This document shows positions 10,578 to 21,930 of a stretch of DNA of 64,000 bases, piece after piece. The position numbers were made by a program, and so were the translations under genes. How positions within the stretch are numbered: the first letter of the stretch is position 1; each line of letters opens with the position of its first letter. The notes under the pieces are model-generated. The model saw only the letters and a list, made by a program, of their open reading frames with translations, had not been told where the DNA came from and did no database searches. The DNA comes from Nitrospirota bacterium (GTDB lineage Bacteria > Nitrospirota > Nitrospiria > Nitrospirales > Nitrospiraceae), in NCBI GenBank assembly GCA_963703955.1, contig CAVPGK010000013.1, forward strand, positions 64,001 to 128,000. Reading direction: 5' to 3'.

Positions 10578-10914
10578 CGTGGGGGAAATGCGCCTATAAC
10601 ACGCGCTGCTGGGGACGGGCGCACGCGGCAATATTATCCGTGCATGAAATGCCGCATCGCTCTGCACAAATCCGAGCAAGCTACGCAGCATCGGTTCCTG
10701 GCCCCACGGGTTTTACTCTTAAGGCGCCAATGGAATCACGAAGGCAGCCGCGCAAGTTGACTGCACGGCGCCGATCCCATTACCATCTCGACATCGCGCC
10801 GCCGAGAGGGACTTCACCCGCGCTGCTTCTCAACAGACGACCACACCAAAAGTCGCCGCGTCGTGCGGTCGAATGACGTTCAATAGGTTCAGTCATCCCA
10901 AAGGAGGTCCAATC

Positions 10915-11415
10915 ATGTCCAACAAAGCGAGCTTTGACCCTGACGAATGGACGAAGGTCCTGCAGAGCGTGATGATGGCAGGCATTGCCGTTTCTGCGGC
11001 CGAGCCTAGTGGATTGTGGGGAACGCTGAAGGAGAGCATGGCTACCGGCCGCACGCTTTTCGAGGCCAAGAGCGACGCCGGATCGAACGAATTGATCAAG
11101 GCCGTGGTCGCCGACTTCGAGACCTCCGAGGGGCGGACCATTGCGCGCGAGGGGCTGCAGGCCAAGCTCATGGGGAGCAAACCAAGCGAAATCAAGAGCA
11201 AGGCGATCGACGCGGTCCGTGAAGCGTCGTCATTGATCGACGCGAAGGCGCCCGGTGACGCGACGGCTTTCAAGGCCTGGTTGCGCAGCACCAGCCAAGC
11301 CGTCGCTGAGGCTGCAAAGGAGGGCGGATTTCTCGGCTTCGGCGGCGTCCGAGTCAGCGAGGCCGAGAAGGCGACGCTCGCCGAGATCTCGAGCGCACTC
11401 AACCTGAAGGGCTGA
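10915..11415 (+). CDS. Conserved hypothetical protein
   Basis: AAGGAGG RBS; C-terminal motif VAEAAKEGGFLGFGGVRVSEAEK. Confidence 0.75.
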   Translation: MSNKASFDPDEWTKVLQSVMMAGIAVSAAEPSGLWGTLKESMATGRTLFEAKSDAGSNELIKAVVADFETSEGRTIAREGLQAKLMGSKPSEIKSKAIDAVREASSLIDAKAPGDATAFKAWLRSTSQAVAEAAKEGGFLGFGGVRVSEAEKATLAEISSALNLKG

Positions 11416-11528
11416 GGGTGTACGGCCTCGCAAGGTCGCGGCATGATGTAGGTGGATAACTTTACCTCGCGGCGTGGGGCGGCGCGCAGGGCAGCAAGGT
11501 GTTGCTCATCCACCGGGGTCGTCGGTGC

Positions 11529-11883
11529 CTACGGCTTGGACTGCACCGCCGTGCCATGGACCTGGGTGCAAACCTGTGACCAGAGTATCCAGTATTCCCA
11601 GTATCCATCTGCAGTCACTTCAATGAGCGCATCCGCCTCCACTTTCTCCTTGAGCGCGCCTTCGAGACAATCTCGATACCAGTGACCTGCCAGTGTCGCG
11701 CGGCCAGCTCGACTGACCAGATCCCGGTGCCACAACCGAGGTCGAGCGCCGGCCCAAAGGGAGCCCGCGCTCGACCTCTTCACGGTCAAAGAGCACGGCG
11801 ATTTGATCGCGAATCAGTAGCGTCGCCATAAGTTCCCAAGGCCTGAAGCCGACCGCGTAGGCGAGCGTGTAGAACAATCGCAT
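11529..11883 (-). pseudogene. Truncated, frameshifted SAM-methyltransferase remnant
   Basis: MRLFYTLAYAVGFRPWE..., then ALDLGCGTG in another frame; joins unrelated sequence afterwards. Confidence 0.5.
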
Positions 11884-12004
11884 GGGATCCTCACGCGCAC
11901 TGCCGTGAAGCGGATCGTTGGAATCTGGCGTACGCTGCGATTCCACAATGCACTACAATCATATGTAACTTTCTCCTTCCTAAATTTGGTCATTCGCCGC
12001 GCCT

Positions 12005-12845
12005 TCATTTCGTCCCGACGCCGATGTTGATCGGGTTCGTTAGCTTGGCAGCGCCGCTGCCGCCAGCGCGCTCGCGGACCATCTTTTCCAGCTCCTGCTG
12101 GATCACACCTCTCTCGTCGTGCGTCAGGTTCAGGCTCGCCGAGCACCTCCTCGACGAGGGGGTTGCTCCACACCAGCCAGTCCCACAGTTCCTTCCCGGT
12201 CTGGAACCGCGTGGTCTCGGTAATGGTCTCGACCTTGATGTCCTTCAGTCCGGCGATAACGAACTCCTTGCGCAGCCTCTCTGGATCCTGCAACTGGAAA
12301 GGAAGCGGAGGAGGATCCATCGGGGGGCCATTGAAGTCGGGGCGGACCGACTGGATGGCACCCACGAAGAAGCCGAAGAACTCGATCTTGTGCGGGTCGC
12401 CGTAGACATTCATCAGCACACGGCCACCTGGCTTGACGACGCGCACCGTCTCACTGATGCCCTTTGACATGTCAGGAAACAACATGACGCCGAACTGCGA
12501 TCCGGCCATGTCGAAGCTGTTGTCATCCAGTTCGAGCGCATGGCCGTCCATGACGCGGGTCTCGATGTTGAGCCCCTCCCGACGCGCTCGCGCCCTAAGC
12601 AACTCGAGCATGACGGGAGACTGGTCCGTCGCCAATACCTGCGCGCCGAGGCGCGCCGCCGGGATACTGAGGGCGCCGCTGCCCGCCGCCACGTCCAGGA
12701 ACCGCATGCCGGAACTGAGCTCGGCACGGCGGAGCCCTTCGTTCCCCAACCACATCTGCGTGGGAGTGTTGGTCTTGTCATACCCTGGCGCGATGTTGTC
12801 CCAGGCGATGCGCGTTTCGTTTCTTTCCGACGTAGTAGTGGTCAT
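12005..12845 (-). CDS. Class I SAM-dependent methyltransferase (frameshift near 12135)
   Basis: FLDVAAGSG; FDMAGSQFGVMLF; AAGGAGG RBS; C-terminus LTNPINIGVGTK* in an alternate frame. Confidence 0.85.
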
Positions 12846-12994
12846 AGCTTCCTCCTTTGGTGGCTGGGAGATATCCTTGCTCGTACAATGACCCATAGTC
12901 TAGACTCGAATGGACTCGCACTCTTTGCCGGAAATCCGTGTTTCTTTGCAGAGGCTTTTCGTACCCTGTATCTAGCTCAGTGTGAGAGCGAGCG

Positions 12995-13990
12995 ATGGAT
13001 GCACTGTCAGAAGCGTTGAACTCCGTGCGCATGACCGGCGCCATCTTCTTCGATGCGATCTGCACCGCACCCTGGGGCTTCGCGGTGCCTGCCATGAAAC
13101 AAGTTGCGCACGTGCTGTCTCCCGGAACCGAGCGGCTTGTAGGGTACCATTTGGTCGCGGAGGGAACGGCTCTGGTCAGGCTCGAGGGCGCGGCAGACGT
13201 TCCCATCGCAGCTGGGGATATCGTGATCATTCCGCACGGCGATGCCCATACGGTCACCAATGGTGAGCCGTCGACGCTGATCGACAGCGGTGCCTCCCTT
13301 AGCAGTTTCCTTGCGGGTGATCTCAGCACCATGCGGCTGGGCGGTGGAGGTGACCCGACACGCTTTATCTGCGGCTATTTCGGGTGCGAGCGTCATGCAG
13401 ACCGCCTGTTCCTCGCCGGGCTCCCGCCCATGATCAAAATCAACATCCTGGGGGATTCCGCCGGCGAGTGGCTGGGCGGTTCGATTCGGCATCTGGTCGC
13501 TGAAGCAGGGTCGGGGCGTCCCGGACGAAAGGTTCTCCTTTCGAAAATGGCCGAAGCGCTCTTCATCGAGACGTTGCGACGATACATGGAGCAATTGCCG
13601 CCGGAGCAGACCGGCTGGCTTGCGGGAGCGCGAGATCCGATCGTCGGTGGTGCGCTTGCCTTGTTGCATCGGCTGCCTTGCCACCCTTGGACCCTCGCCG
13701 GACTTGCTGAGGAAGTGGGGGCTTCACGCTCCGTTCTGGCGGAGCGGTTCGCACACTTTCTTGGTGAGCCCCCGCTGACCTACCTGGCGCGCTGGCGCCT
13801 GCAGCTTGCGGCGAGAAGGCTCCAGACAACACGACACACGGTCCTGCAGATCGCAGTGGACGTCGGTTACGAATCCGAGGCCGCGTTCAACCGTGCGTTC
13901 AAGCGCGAGTTCGGTCTTCCTCCAGCGCAATACCGCAAGAAGCTTGCCGGAAACGATGTCGGGCTTACGAGGGAGAGATCGTTGGCTTGA
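12995..13990 (+). CDS. AraC-family transcriptional regulator with cupin_6 domain
   Basis: MDALSEAL...APWG; C-terminal HTH VGYESEAAFNRAFKREFGLPPAQYR; divergent from the methyltransferase. Confidence 0.92.
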   Translation: MDALSEALNSVRMTGAIFFDAICTAPWGFAVPAMKQVAHVLSPGTERLVGYHLVAEGTALVRLEGAADVPIAAGDIVIIPHGDAHTVTNGEPSTLIDSGASLSSFLAGDLSTMRLGGGGDPTRFICGYFGCERHADRLFLAGLPPMIKINILGDSAGEWLGGSIRHLVAEAGSGRPGRKVLLSKMAEALFIETLRRYMEQLPPEQTGWLAGARDPIVGGALALLHRLPCHPWTLAGLAEEVGASRSVLAERFAHFLGEPPLTYLARWRLQLAARRLQTTRHTVLQIAVDVGYESEAAFNRAFKREFGLPPAQYRKKLAGNDVGLTRERSLA

Positions 13991-14020
13991 ATGAGGTGAG
14001 GGACCTCACTACCTCATTCA
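13988..14020. terminator. Hairpin between convergent genes
   Basis: Inverted repeat TGAATGAGGT ... ACCTCATTCA. Confidence 0.5.
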
Positions 14021-14147
14021 CAGGGTGAGCCCGGCTTTGCCGAACGCAACGATTTATTCCGCCTTTGTGTCGACTATGAATGGCATCGTTGTATGGCCTT
14101 GCTTCCACCGTTCAACCCAGTCACCGGCAGAGGTCTGCCCGCACCGA

Positions 14148-15254
14148 TCAGGGCACAACGGCTAGGAAGAGAAATGCGGCGAATAAGACAAGGTGCACCG
14201 CTCCCTGCAGAACTGTCGAGCGACCACTGGTCAAGGTCATCACGCTTATGAGCAGCGTCAGCGCCAATAGCACCGTCTCTTTTGGCGGTAGGCCGAGCAC
14301 CAGCGGCAGTTCGAGTAGTATCGAAACGGCAGCCACGACCGGTATGGTGAGGCCGATAGTGGCGAGCGCAGAGCCGAGTGCGAGGTTGAGGCTCGTCTGC
14401 ATGCGATTGCGCGTGGCAGCGCGCACAGCGGCCCACGTTTCAGGCAGAAGGACAAGGAGGGCGATGGCGATACCGACGACAGCCGCCGGCGCTGATGCTG
14501 CCTCGACGCCGGCTTTAATGCTCGGGGCAAGCGTCTTGGCGAGGCCAACGACGGAGACGAGACAAACCAATAGCAAGACAAGGCTTGTGAGCGCAACAGA
14601 CGTCGATGGGGGCGGTGCGTGCTGCTCCTCGTTCTCGATCCCGACTGGGAGAAAGTAGTCCCGATGGCGCATGGTCTGCACGAAAACGAATACGCCGTAC
14701 AACACGAACGACATCACGCCCGCGAAAACAAGTTGTGCCGGTGAGAATGTCGGTCCGGGAGTCGTCGTGGTGAGAGTTGGCAGTACCAGCGTTAGAATGG
14801 TGAGGGCGGCAAGCACCGATAGGGCAGGGCTGGTCCCATCGACCCGAAAAACGAGCACGTGGTGGCGTAGGGTCCCCATCAACAGGCACAGCCCCACGAC
14901 GCCATTGCACACGATCATCACGGTCGCAAACACCGTATCGCGAGCTAACGCGTTCGCCGCCGTCCCGGCGGACACCATCATCGACACGATCAGTGCGACC
15001 TCGATAACGGTAACGGACATTGCGAGGATCAGCGTGCCAAAAGGTTCGCCAACGCGATGCGCGATCACTTCAGCGTGGTAGACAGCTGCGAAGACCGACG
15101 CTATCAGCGCGGCAGCGACCAACGAGAGAAGAATCCAGCTCAGCGGACGTCCCCATGCCGTAGCGAGCATGCTGCAGGCCGCCAACGGAACGCCCAGACT
15201 CCAAAGCGGCACGCCGAACAAGAATCGTCTGCTGTGGTCAAGTCCAGCAATCAC
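14148..15254 (-). CDS. chaA: Ca2+/H+ antiporter (CaCA family)
   Basis: HAEVIAHRVGEPFGTLIL; NLALGSALATIGLTIP; multiple TM helices. Confidence 0.9.
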   Translation of the reverse strand: MIAGLDHSRRFLFGVPLWSLGVPLAACSMLATAWGRPLSWILLSLVAAALIASVFAAVYHAEVIAHRVGEPFGTLILAMSVTVIEVALIVSMMVSAGTAANALARDTVFATVMIVCNGVVGLCLLMGTLRHHVLVFRVDGTSPALSVLAALTILTLVLPTLTTTTPGPTFSPAQLVFAGVMSFVLYGVFVFVQTMRHRDYFLPVGIENEEQHAPPPSTSVALTSLVLLLVCLVSVVGLAKTLAPSIKAGVEAASAPAAVVGIAIALLVLLPETWAAVRAATRNRMQTSLNLALGSALATIGLTIPVVAAVSILLELPLVLGLPPKETVLLALTLLISVMTLTSGRSTVLQGAVHLVLFAAFLFLAVVP

Positions 15255-15394
15255 CTATTGCCCTCCTTCGTTTTCATTCAACAATGCCCAGAGGCTCAGA
15301 AAACCTCACCTTGCGTTTCTCATCCATGTAAGAGCAGTCAATCCCAAAGACATGACCATGGAGAGAATTGGAATCATATGCCTCAATGCATGTG

Positions 15395-16660
15395 TCACTC
15401 TTGTAGCGTGGCCAGTCGTCGCTTGAGAAACCGCCGCTCCGGTTCCTGCTGAGTCAGGCTCAGGGCGCGCTCGTAGGAGGCTCGGGCTTCCACCGTTCTC
15501 CCCAGTCGCCGGCAGAGTTCTGCCCGCGCCGCGTGCGCCAGGTGATAATTCGCCAGATCGCCCCGGGCGAGGATGGCGTCGATGAAGGTCAGTCCTGCTA
15601 ATGGGCCGTCGCGCATCGCCACCGCGACGGCACGGTTCAACTCGACCACGGGCGATGGATCGGACCGCATCAGCACGTCGTAGAGTCCGACGATCTGGGC
15701 CCAGTCCGTTGCGGCGGCGCTGGGGGCCTGAGCATGCACCGCTGCGATCGCCGCTTGTAGTGTGTAGGGACCGATTCGCTGTGACGAAAGCGCCCGTTCC
15801 ACCAGCGATACCCCCTCCGTGATCTGATCCCTGTTCCACAATGACCGATCTTGGTCCTCCAGAAGTATAAGATCGCCCGTCGGCGAGGTGCGGGCAGCGC
15901 GCCGCGAGTCGTGCAGCAACATCAGCGCCAGAAGTCCCAGCGCTTCAGGCTCCGGGAGTAACTCGATCAGCAACCGTCCAAGGCGGATCGTCTCAGCAGA
16001 GAGATCGTGCCGCGTGACAGAGCCGCCCGATGTGGCGGAGTACCCCTCGTTGAACACGAGGTAGATGACCCGGAGGACCGCATCCAGGCGGTCCGGCAGA
16101 TCGCTCTCCGACGGCACCTCATACGGAATGCGCGCGTCGCGGATCTTCGCCTTGGCCCGCACGATCCGCTGGGCGATTGTGGGTGGAGTGGCGAGGAAGG
16201 CGCGCGCGATCTCATCGGTCGTCAGGCCGCAGACTTCGCGCAGCGTCATCGCCACTTGGGCCTCCGGGGACAGGGCCGGGTGGCAGCAGGTAAAGATCAG
16301 CCGCAGCCGGTCATCCTCAACGCTCTCCTCGCTCCACTCCTCGGCGTCAATCGTGGTGCTGCATTCCAGTTGTTTGGCGAGTTCCGTCAGTGACGCGTCG
16401 TACCGAGCGCGCCGACGCATACCGTCGATGGCTTTGAAGCGGCCGGTCGACACAAGCCACGCCCGCGGATTGGCCGGCACGCCATCGCGCGCCCATTGCT
16501 CCACCGCCGCGGCGAAGGCATCGTGCAGAGCCTCCTCGGCGGCCTCGAAGTCGCCGAGCAGGCGGATTAGAGTGGCCAATACTTGGCGGGATTCGGAACG
16601 GTAAACGGCGTCCATCAAGTCACGCGCCTGTTTGGTTGCATCCTCGCTCACTGTCGACAA
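15395..16660 (-). CDS. ECF sigma factor with C-terminal TPR/DUF6596 extension (ECF42-type)
   Basis: [47 protein letters not shown]. Confidence 0.9.
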   Translation of the reverse strand: MSTVSEDATKQARDLMDAVYRSESRQVLATLIRLLGDFEAAEEALHDAFAAAVEQWARDGVPANPRAWLVSTGRFKAIDGMRRRARYDASLTELAKQLECSTTIDAEEWSEESVEDDRLRLIFTCCHPALSPEAQVAMTLREVCGLTTDEIARAFLATPPTIAQRIVRAKAKIRDARIPYEVPSESDLPDRLDAVLRVIYLVFNEGYSATSGGSVTRHDLSAETIRLGRLLIELLPEPEALGLLALMLLHDSRRAARTSPTGDLILLEDQDRSLWNRDQITEGVSLVERALSSQRIGPYTLQAAIAAVHAQAPSAAATDWAQIVGLYDVLMRSDPSPVVELNRAVAVAMRDGPLAGLTFIDAILARGDLANYHLAHAARAELCRRLGRTVEARASYERALSLTQQEPERRFLKRRLATLQE

Positions 16661-16700
16661 CCCCTGGCGTTGAGATGGTCCAGAAAAGCCAATGTGGCAA

Positions 16701-16748
16701 GCAGCGCATTAGACGAGTCGATTAGAAAAGTAGAATGTTCCTGTTTTC
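16701..16748 (+). repeat. Junction motif copy (degenerate)
   Basis: GCAGCGCATTAGACGAGTCGATTAGAAAAGTAGAATGTTCCTGTTTT resembles the copies at 18228, 30950 and 34113. Confidence 0.7.
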
Positions 16749-16777
16749 TCGTTCAAGAATAGATATTCCTCCCGCAC

Positions 16778-17995
16778 TCACTTGGGTGCCGTGATCGCAT
16801 CCTGGGCCACGTGGCCTCTCATGGACTTTTCGATGATGTTGTTTTCAATTTCCCAGGCGATGACGCGAGCAAGCTGGTCAGCCGAGAGTGCGCCCATGGG
16901 CAGTCCCTTCGTTTCCGCATAAAACGGGTCGTCCGGAGCGGCCGTCCGATACGTATTCACCAAAATCGTGGCCGGTTGAATTGTTTCACTGCGTTCCCCC
17001 ACCAACACAGATTTGTCTTCAGGGAGCACTCGTGTTCGGGTGGCCCAATCCCGCTGATCGATTTTGACAAACGACACGCTCCAGATTTTTCCATTGAGCA
17101 GGCTTCTGACCGCTTTCGGGGTGTGTTCCCAAAAATAAGGCTCCCGCACGATCCTCTGCAGGGCTTCACGGACCCGAATATCATAAAGCTTGATCGTGGA
17201 ATCCGGTTGAGTCGACGGAACCCGTGTGGTGGTTCCAACTTCGTAAAACGATTGACCCTCCAGGCTCTTCTGGTCATCCACGGTTCTCAGATAGGTGTCG
17301 AACAATTGTTGAAGGTTTTGGACACGTTCGTCCCCCGACATCCCCCGAATTCCTGTGTCTGTGCGTATCGGGGCCTGCTTGAGATCTCGTTCGACCACGA
17401 CGGTTTTGGATTTTTGGGTAGTATCTGCTTTACTGACGACCCATTGGAACTCTCTGGCCAGAACCGGGACAAGTTGTTCGGGATGGCGCAGATACCCTTT
17501 CTCCTTCAGAGAAGAGGCACTGATCAGTAGTTTGACCCGGCCTTGGTCTTTCGTTCTGGCGACCAAAAACGGGAATTCCTTCCCGTCCCGATTGACGACT
17601 GTGGGTTCAATGATGATCTTGTCGAGCACACCTTTCTTCACGGCTTCTTCGAATCGTGGATAGTCGGTCCGATGTTCCAGCATGAAGGTGAAGGCATCAA
17701 TGACGGTCTGGACGGCCGCCTCGGTCTGGGTCTGGTCCAGTCCCCCGCCTTCCGCCGTTTCTTTTCCTGTATCCAGGAATACTTGAAAGGATGCGCCCGG
17801 GATCGGATATCCTGGTCCGGTTGTCTCATGGGCCTCTTCACCCGCATGACTTTCATGTCCTTGATGGCTTGCGCTCGCCAGTGGCACGAGAACGGCCAAC
17901 CACCCGATCACCAAGACGGACAATCCTGTGTGTCTGATCCAAGAGCCGACATCATCACCAGTTACCTGATGTTGCTCTCTAGCGACCTTCTCCAT
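16778..17995 (-). CDS. Hypothetical exported protein with internal duplication
   Basis: 405 aa; GGAGGAG RBS; TM/signal segment followed by a His-rich stretch; repeated motifs QLVPVLAREFQ and QLARVIAWEIE. Confidence 0.75.
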   Translation of the reverse strand: MEKVAREQHQVTGDDVGSWIRHTGLSVLVIGWLAVLVPLASASHQGHESHAGEEAHETTGPGYPIPGASFQVFLDTGKETAEGGGLDQTQTEAAVQTVIDAFTFMLEHRTDYPRFEEAVKKGVLDKIIIEPTVVNRDGKEFPFLVARTKDQGRVKLLISASSLKEKGYLRHPEQLVPVLAREFQWVVSKADTTQKSKTVVVERDLKQAPIRTDTGIRGMSGDERVQNLQQLFDTYLRTVDDQKSLEGQSFYEVGTTTRVPSTQPDSTIKLYDIRVREALQRIVREPYFWEHTPKAVRSLLNGKIWSVSFVKIDQRDWATRTRVLPEDKSVLVGERSETIQPATILVNTYRTAAPDDPFYAETKGLPMGALSADQLARVIAWEIENNIIEKSMRGHVAQDAITAPK

Positions 17996-18227
17996 GTTCT
18001 CCTCCTTCGACGAAGAGACCCATCCCCAAAGAGAGACCGACCGGTCTCCTGTTGTGATTCTATACCTTCTCGTATCGCTTTGAGAGAAGGAAGAAAAGGG
18101 AGTGGGCAGCTGGCGGGGTTGGGGCGAACGGAGGTGAGGCGGCTTCAGAGCGAAACGAGTTCTGACACCGTTTCATCTTCCGGAAGTGAAAGACCGCCCT
18201 CGCTACCGGAAGTAATTTCCAGAACCT

Positions 18228-18273
18228 GCCGCGCGCGGACGAGTCGAACGAAAAAGTAGAATGTCCCCGTTTT
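18228..18273 (+). repeat. Junction motif copy
   Basis: GCCGCGCGCGGACGAGTCGAACGAAAAAGTAGAATGTCCCCGTTTT. Confidence 0.8.
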
Positions 18274-18338
18274 CTGGTCCGCGCTGTCGTCATGCCCGGC
18301 CTCTTCGATCACGCGACGCGCTTCGAGCGCCGAAGCTG

Positions 18339-18808
18339 TCAGGCCGCGTAGCCGCCATCGATGGCTAAGCTTGCGCCGGTGATGAAGCTCGCGCCCGGAC
18401 TGGCCAGGTAGGCCACGAAGTCGGCGATCTCATCCGCATGTGCGTAGCGCTGTAGGGCGATGTATTCCCTGGCCTGCTTCGCGAATGCGCCCGAAGCAGG
18501 GTTCATGTCGGTATCCGTGGGACCCGGTTGCACGTTGTTGATCGTGATGCCGCGCGGGCCCAGATCGCGCGCCAGGCCTTTGGTCAGCCCTGCGACGGCG
18601 GCCTTGGTCGCGCATAGAGCGTAGATCCCTAGTGCTTGCCTCCCGCTACCTCAATGGCGCGGACGACTTCGTCGGCCTTGTCGGGCGACGCGCTGTAGGT
18701 CAGCGCCACCGCCGCGCCGTCGGCCGCCAGCCGCTTGGCGATAGCCGCGCCGATGCTGCGCGATCCGCCGGTGACCAACGCGACCTTGCCTGTCAGTGTC
18801 TTTGACAT
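18339..18808 (-). pseudogene. SDR oxidoreductase with internal deletion
   Basis: N-terminus LTGKVALVTGGSRSIGAAIA and C-terminus YATKAAV...NVQPGPTDT...FITGASLAIDGG are separated by only about 30 nt; the central part is missing. Confidence 0.8.
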
Positions 18809-19204
18809 GGTCTTCCTCCCTCCCGCCCTTCGCCATTGTTTATTACCGGATGCGCCTTCTCAACCGGCAAGTTCAGACCTATCCACAATTGCTTTCATTT
18901 GGGTCAACGTTATCAAAGAGGATACGCGATGTATCCCTTTCGATAAGAGGAAAATGCCCTCATTTCCGTCGTCTTTTTTCTTAATCTGTTCCCGTACACT
19001 CCTCATTACACAACAAATCAAGATGATAACTAATACTGCCATTACCATAAATATGCTCACCGTTTACGCGGCATTCGAGTTGCACTTTCTGAATGACAGG
19101 TAGCACAGCAGCGAGGCAACAAGGCCTTCGCTGTACGAGCCGCGAGCCGGCCATGACTGAGAACCTGAGGAACCCAGCACTCACCAATGGAAAGGGGTAC
19201 GACT

Positions 19205-20056
19205 ATGAAACTCACGGAAACATCATTCATCGTTGACGCCAATCAGTCGGACACATTCCAGGCATTCGAGAGTTCTGGTGCACACGACTGCAATGGCAGC
19301 GTGATCATCACAGAGGTGCAGTTGGCCTCCGGTACCGTTCTCAGATTTGTGGATGAAGGCCGCAGCATCGGCAGCGACACGGACGAGGGTGGGGTTGGGG
19401 TGATAGAAGTGACCGCGCCCCAAGCCCAAGCTATTCTACCCACAATGCTTCGTGAATACGGCCCTTCACCCCTGGAAATATTTATGGCCGCGGCCCCAGG
19501 GACCAGCGCACCGGACAGACTTGTCAAAGACCACCGCCAAGCTGCAAAGCTTCGTCAGACCCTCTCGCCGACGCCGCGTACGCTGAAGCTCGTGTCCTCC
19601 CTAGACCACGCAAAAGCCTACGTGCCGGCGCACATTGTGGCGGATCTGTCTCCCAAGCATGGATTGGAAGTCGACTACTGCCTTGGTCTTGCCGGCGACT
19701 ACCATTTCGACTTCCGATCGATGGAAGCCGATGTCTTCGGACTGCAGCTCAGCGAGCATGGCCATGGTCACAATCTGGATCATTCGCACTATGGCGTGAC
19801 GGGGGTTTCCTCTCGACGCGCACTGGGCGTCTGTAATGCTGGTGGATACGTCAAGATGGTTAACATCCAGTACCAATGGATCCAGGGAGTGTGGATCGAT
19901 GTCCCCATCGCACAGAACGGTTCCAATACTCTTTTTCCGCATGTGAGCCTGTTCTATTACTCCGATAGCTGGCCGGCGGCCTACCGATACCGGATCAAAG
20001 TCGCCTTCACGGCGATTGTGGACGGGAACATTGTCCACACTGAAGGCAGCTGGTAA
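19205..20056 (+). CDS. Hypothetical protein
   Basis: Long ORF (19187..20056) with an AAAGGGG RBS before ATG 19205; no family recognised. Confidence 0.65.
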   Translation: MKLTETSFIVDANQSDTFQAFESSGAHDCNGSVIITEVQLASGTVLRFVDEGRSIGSDTDEGGVGVIEVTAPQAQAILPTMLREYGPSPLEIFMAAAPGTSAPDRLVKDHRQAAKLRQTLSPTPRTLKLVSSLDHAKAYVPAHIVADLSPKHGLEVDYCLGLAGDYHFDFRSMEADVFGLQLSEHGHGHNLDHSHYGVTGVSSRRALGVCNAGGYVKMVNIQYQWIQGVWIDVPIAQNGSNTLFPHVSLFYYSDSWPAAYRYRIKVAFTAIVDGNIVHTEGSW

Positions 20057-20316
20057 GAGAGCTTTGGACTGTGAGATGAATGCGGAGCACGACGCCACTT
20101 ACAGCCCTGGTTTCCTCGGGGAGCGGGTGAAAACATTCGGGGTAGGGGCAATGGTCACCAATGGTGATCAGACCCTCACCCCGCCTGGCCTCAGCGCCGC
20201 CGGGCACCAGCCTCATGGCTATCGGCTGCTCGCACCGAGCTGCCGGAGATCGCCGACGTGATGTCCGTCCTTAGATATGAGGCTTCTTGGGTGGCCCCGG
20301 TGAGGAGAAAGGGATT

Positions 20317-20715
20317 ATGAGCGCAAGAGCGGATTTCAAAGTTTTTCAATTCACCGAACATCTCGGTGACAAGGAAGGCGATATCGATACCGACTTTACC
20401 TTCATGGGTACGTTGTCGTCGGAGAAGATATTTGAAATTAACCAGCAGCCATTTGACGCTGGCTTTGTCGAATATCATGTCTCCCATGTCGACGACCTCG
20501 CCCATGAAATATTAATCAACGGAAAGCCACTTCCCGGAGTCGACGTGATCAGAACCGGGCAAGGTACACACGCCGGCCATCAAACTCATACAGATGTCAT
20601 TCCGTCCAGCTTCTTCAAGAGAGGCAAGAACACCATTCGGTTTCAAAGAAAAGGCGGAGACAACTTCCTCATTCATCATGTCATTGTCCACTGGCGGGAA
20701 CTCGATCCTTCGTAA
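20317..20715 (+). CDS. Hypothetical beta-sandwich protein
   Basis: RBS-like GAGAAAGGGA; HEILINGKPL...KRGKNTIRF...DNFLIHHVIVHWRE. Confidence 0.65.
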   Translation: MSARADFKVFQFTEHLGDKEGDIDTDFTFMGTLSSEKIFEINQQPFDAGFVEYHVSHVDDLAHEILINGKPLPGVDVIRTGQGTHAGHQTHTDVIPSSFFKRGKNTIRFQRKGGDNFLIHHVIVHWRELDPS

Positions 20716-20857
20716 AACCCACGCATTGATACTGGAGTAAAGTCTGGACCTGCCAGTCCTCTGTCGCAGCCCAGCGGGATTTGCACGCGCCTTCGAATCA
20801 CGAAAGACATTCTATGAAATCATGATAGGCGAAGATCCCAGGGCCAACCAGTCCGTG

Positions 20858-21307
20858 TTACCCGGCTTCGACCGTGACCTCTGTGGTCACTGAGTTGGCA
20901 ATAAAGCATTCGCTGTGGGCCCGCTCATGGAGTGCGGCAATCTGCTCAGGAGTCGGACGTGTCGTCCCACCGAATGCAACCCGAGGATGCAACACGACGC
21001 GCGTGATGGCGAGCTTGCCCTTCTGATTCTTCTCCAGAAATCCAACGGCATGATCACTGTAGTGATCCACGACAAATTGCTTCTTGGCCGCCACCGCCAA
21101 GAAGGTCAGCATGTGACAGCTCGATAAAGCCGCGACGAGACCTTCCTCAGGGTTCACATGAGCAGGATTCCCACGATAGGCAGGTGCCGCTGATGCAGGC
21201 ACTCGCACACCACCTTCAAAGGTCACCATGTGATCTCGATTGTAGGACTCGTACGAAAAGCTTTCTGATTCTCTCTTCCATTCGAGCGTGATCTTATGTT
21301 CAGACAT
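20858..21307 (-). CDS. OsmC/Ohr-family protein
   Basis: NPEEGLVAALSSCHMLTFL; AHSECFIANSV. Confidence 0.9.
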   Translation of the reverse strand: MSEHKITLEWKRESESFSYESYNRDHMVTFEGGVRVPASAAPAYRGNPAHVNPEEGLVAALSSCHMLTFLAVAAKKQFVVDHYSDHAVGFLEKNQKGKLAITRVVLHPRVAFGGTTRPTPEQIAALHERAHSECFIANSVTTEVTVEAG

Positions 21308-21385
21308 CGGTCGAACCTCCTCTCAAGATTACAATGCGCTAATCAATCGAACGCGCCTGGGGGACGAGGCGAACGAGTCCGGGGA

Positions 21386-21766
21386 CTAGTCGGGCTCGCG
21401 GCAACAGATTTCCAGACGATTGCCGCTGGGATCTTCGAAGAAGACGGCATAGTAGTCCGCGTCTTCGTACGCCGGTCCTTCGACATTCCGCGCACCGGCC
21501 ACGACGGCGATCGCGGCCAATCGATCGACCTCGCGGAGGCTGTCGGCTCGAAACGCAATCCGGCACTCGTTGGCGACATGCTGCGGCGACTCCGTCACTC
21601 CGACAAACTCGGTCGCACCATCGATGCCGGCAACCTCATACTGTAACCACCCCTCAACCTTGGCATCTCGCGTGAACCCGAGCGCGGGCAAGAGCATCTC
21701 ATAAAACGGTCGCGCCTCGGCGAGGCTACGCACCCGGAGATCAACGTGATCGAAACGACGTCGCAT
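21386..21766 (-). CDS. VOC/glyoxalase-family protein
   Basis: FDHVDLRV...YYAVFFEDPSGNRLEIC. Confidence 0.9.
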   Translation of the reverse strand: MRRRFDHVDLRVRSLAEARPFYEMLLPALGFTRDAKVEGWLQYEVAGIDGATEFVGVTESPQHVANECRIAFRADSLREVDRLAAIAVVAGARNVEGPAYEDADYYAVFFEDPSGNRLEICCREPD

Positions 21767-21801
21767 CAGAGGAACATCAATTCAGATCGCCCGACGAAGG
21801 C

Positions 21802-21831
21802 TAGGCTACTGCTGGAGTTCTACAGTGTCAA
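21802..21831 (-). promoter_or_regulatory. Sigma70-type promoter, paralogous to 30880..30910
   Basis: Minus strand TTGACA-N17-TAGCCT; shares CTCCAGCAGTAGCCTA with the 30.9 kb copy. Confidence 0.65.
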
Positions 21832-21930
21832 CGAGAGCGATCCTGGCCGCGTGCAAATGAGGAACGTGTGCCACTGGAATGGAAGAACTGATCAGAAAAC
21901 CTGAACCCCCTATTTCCCTGATCAGGCGTG

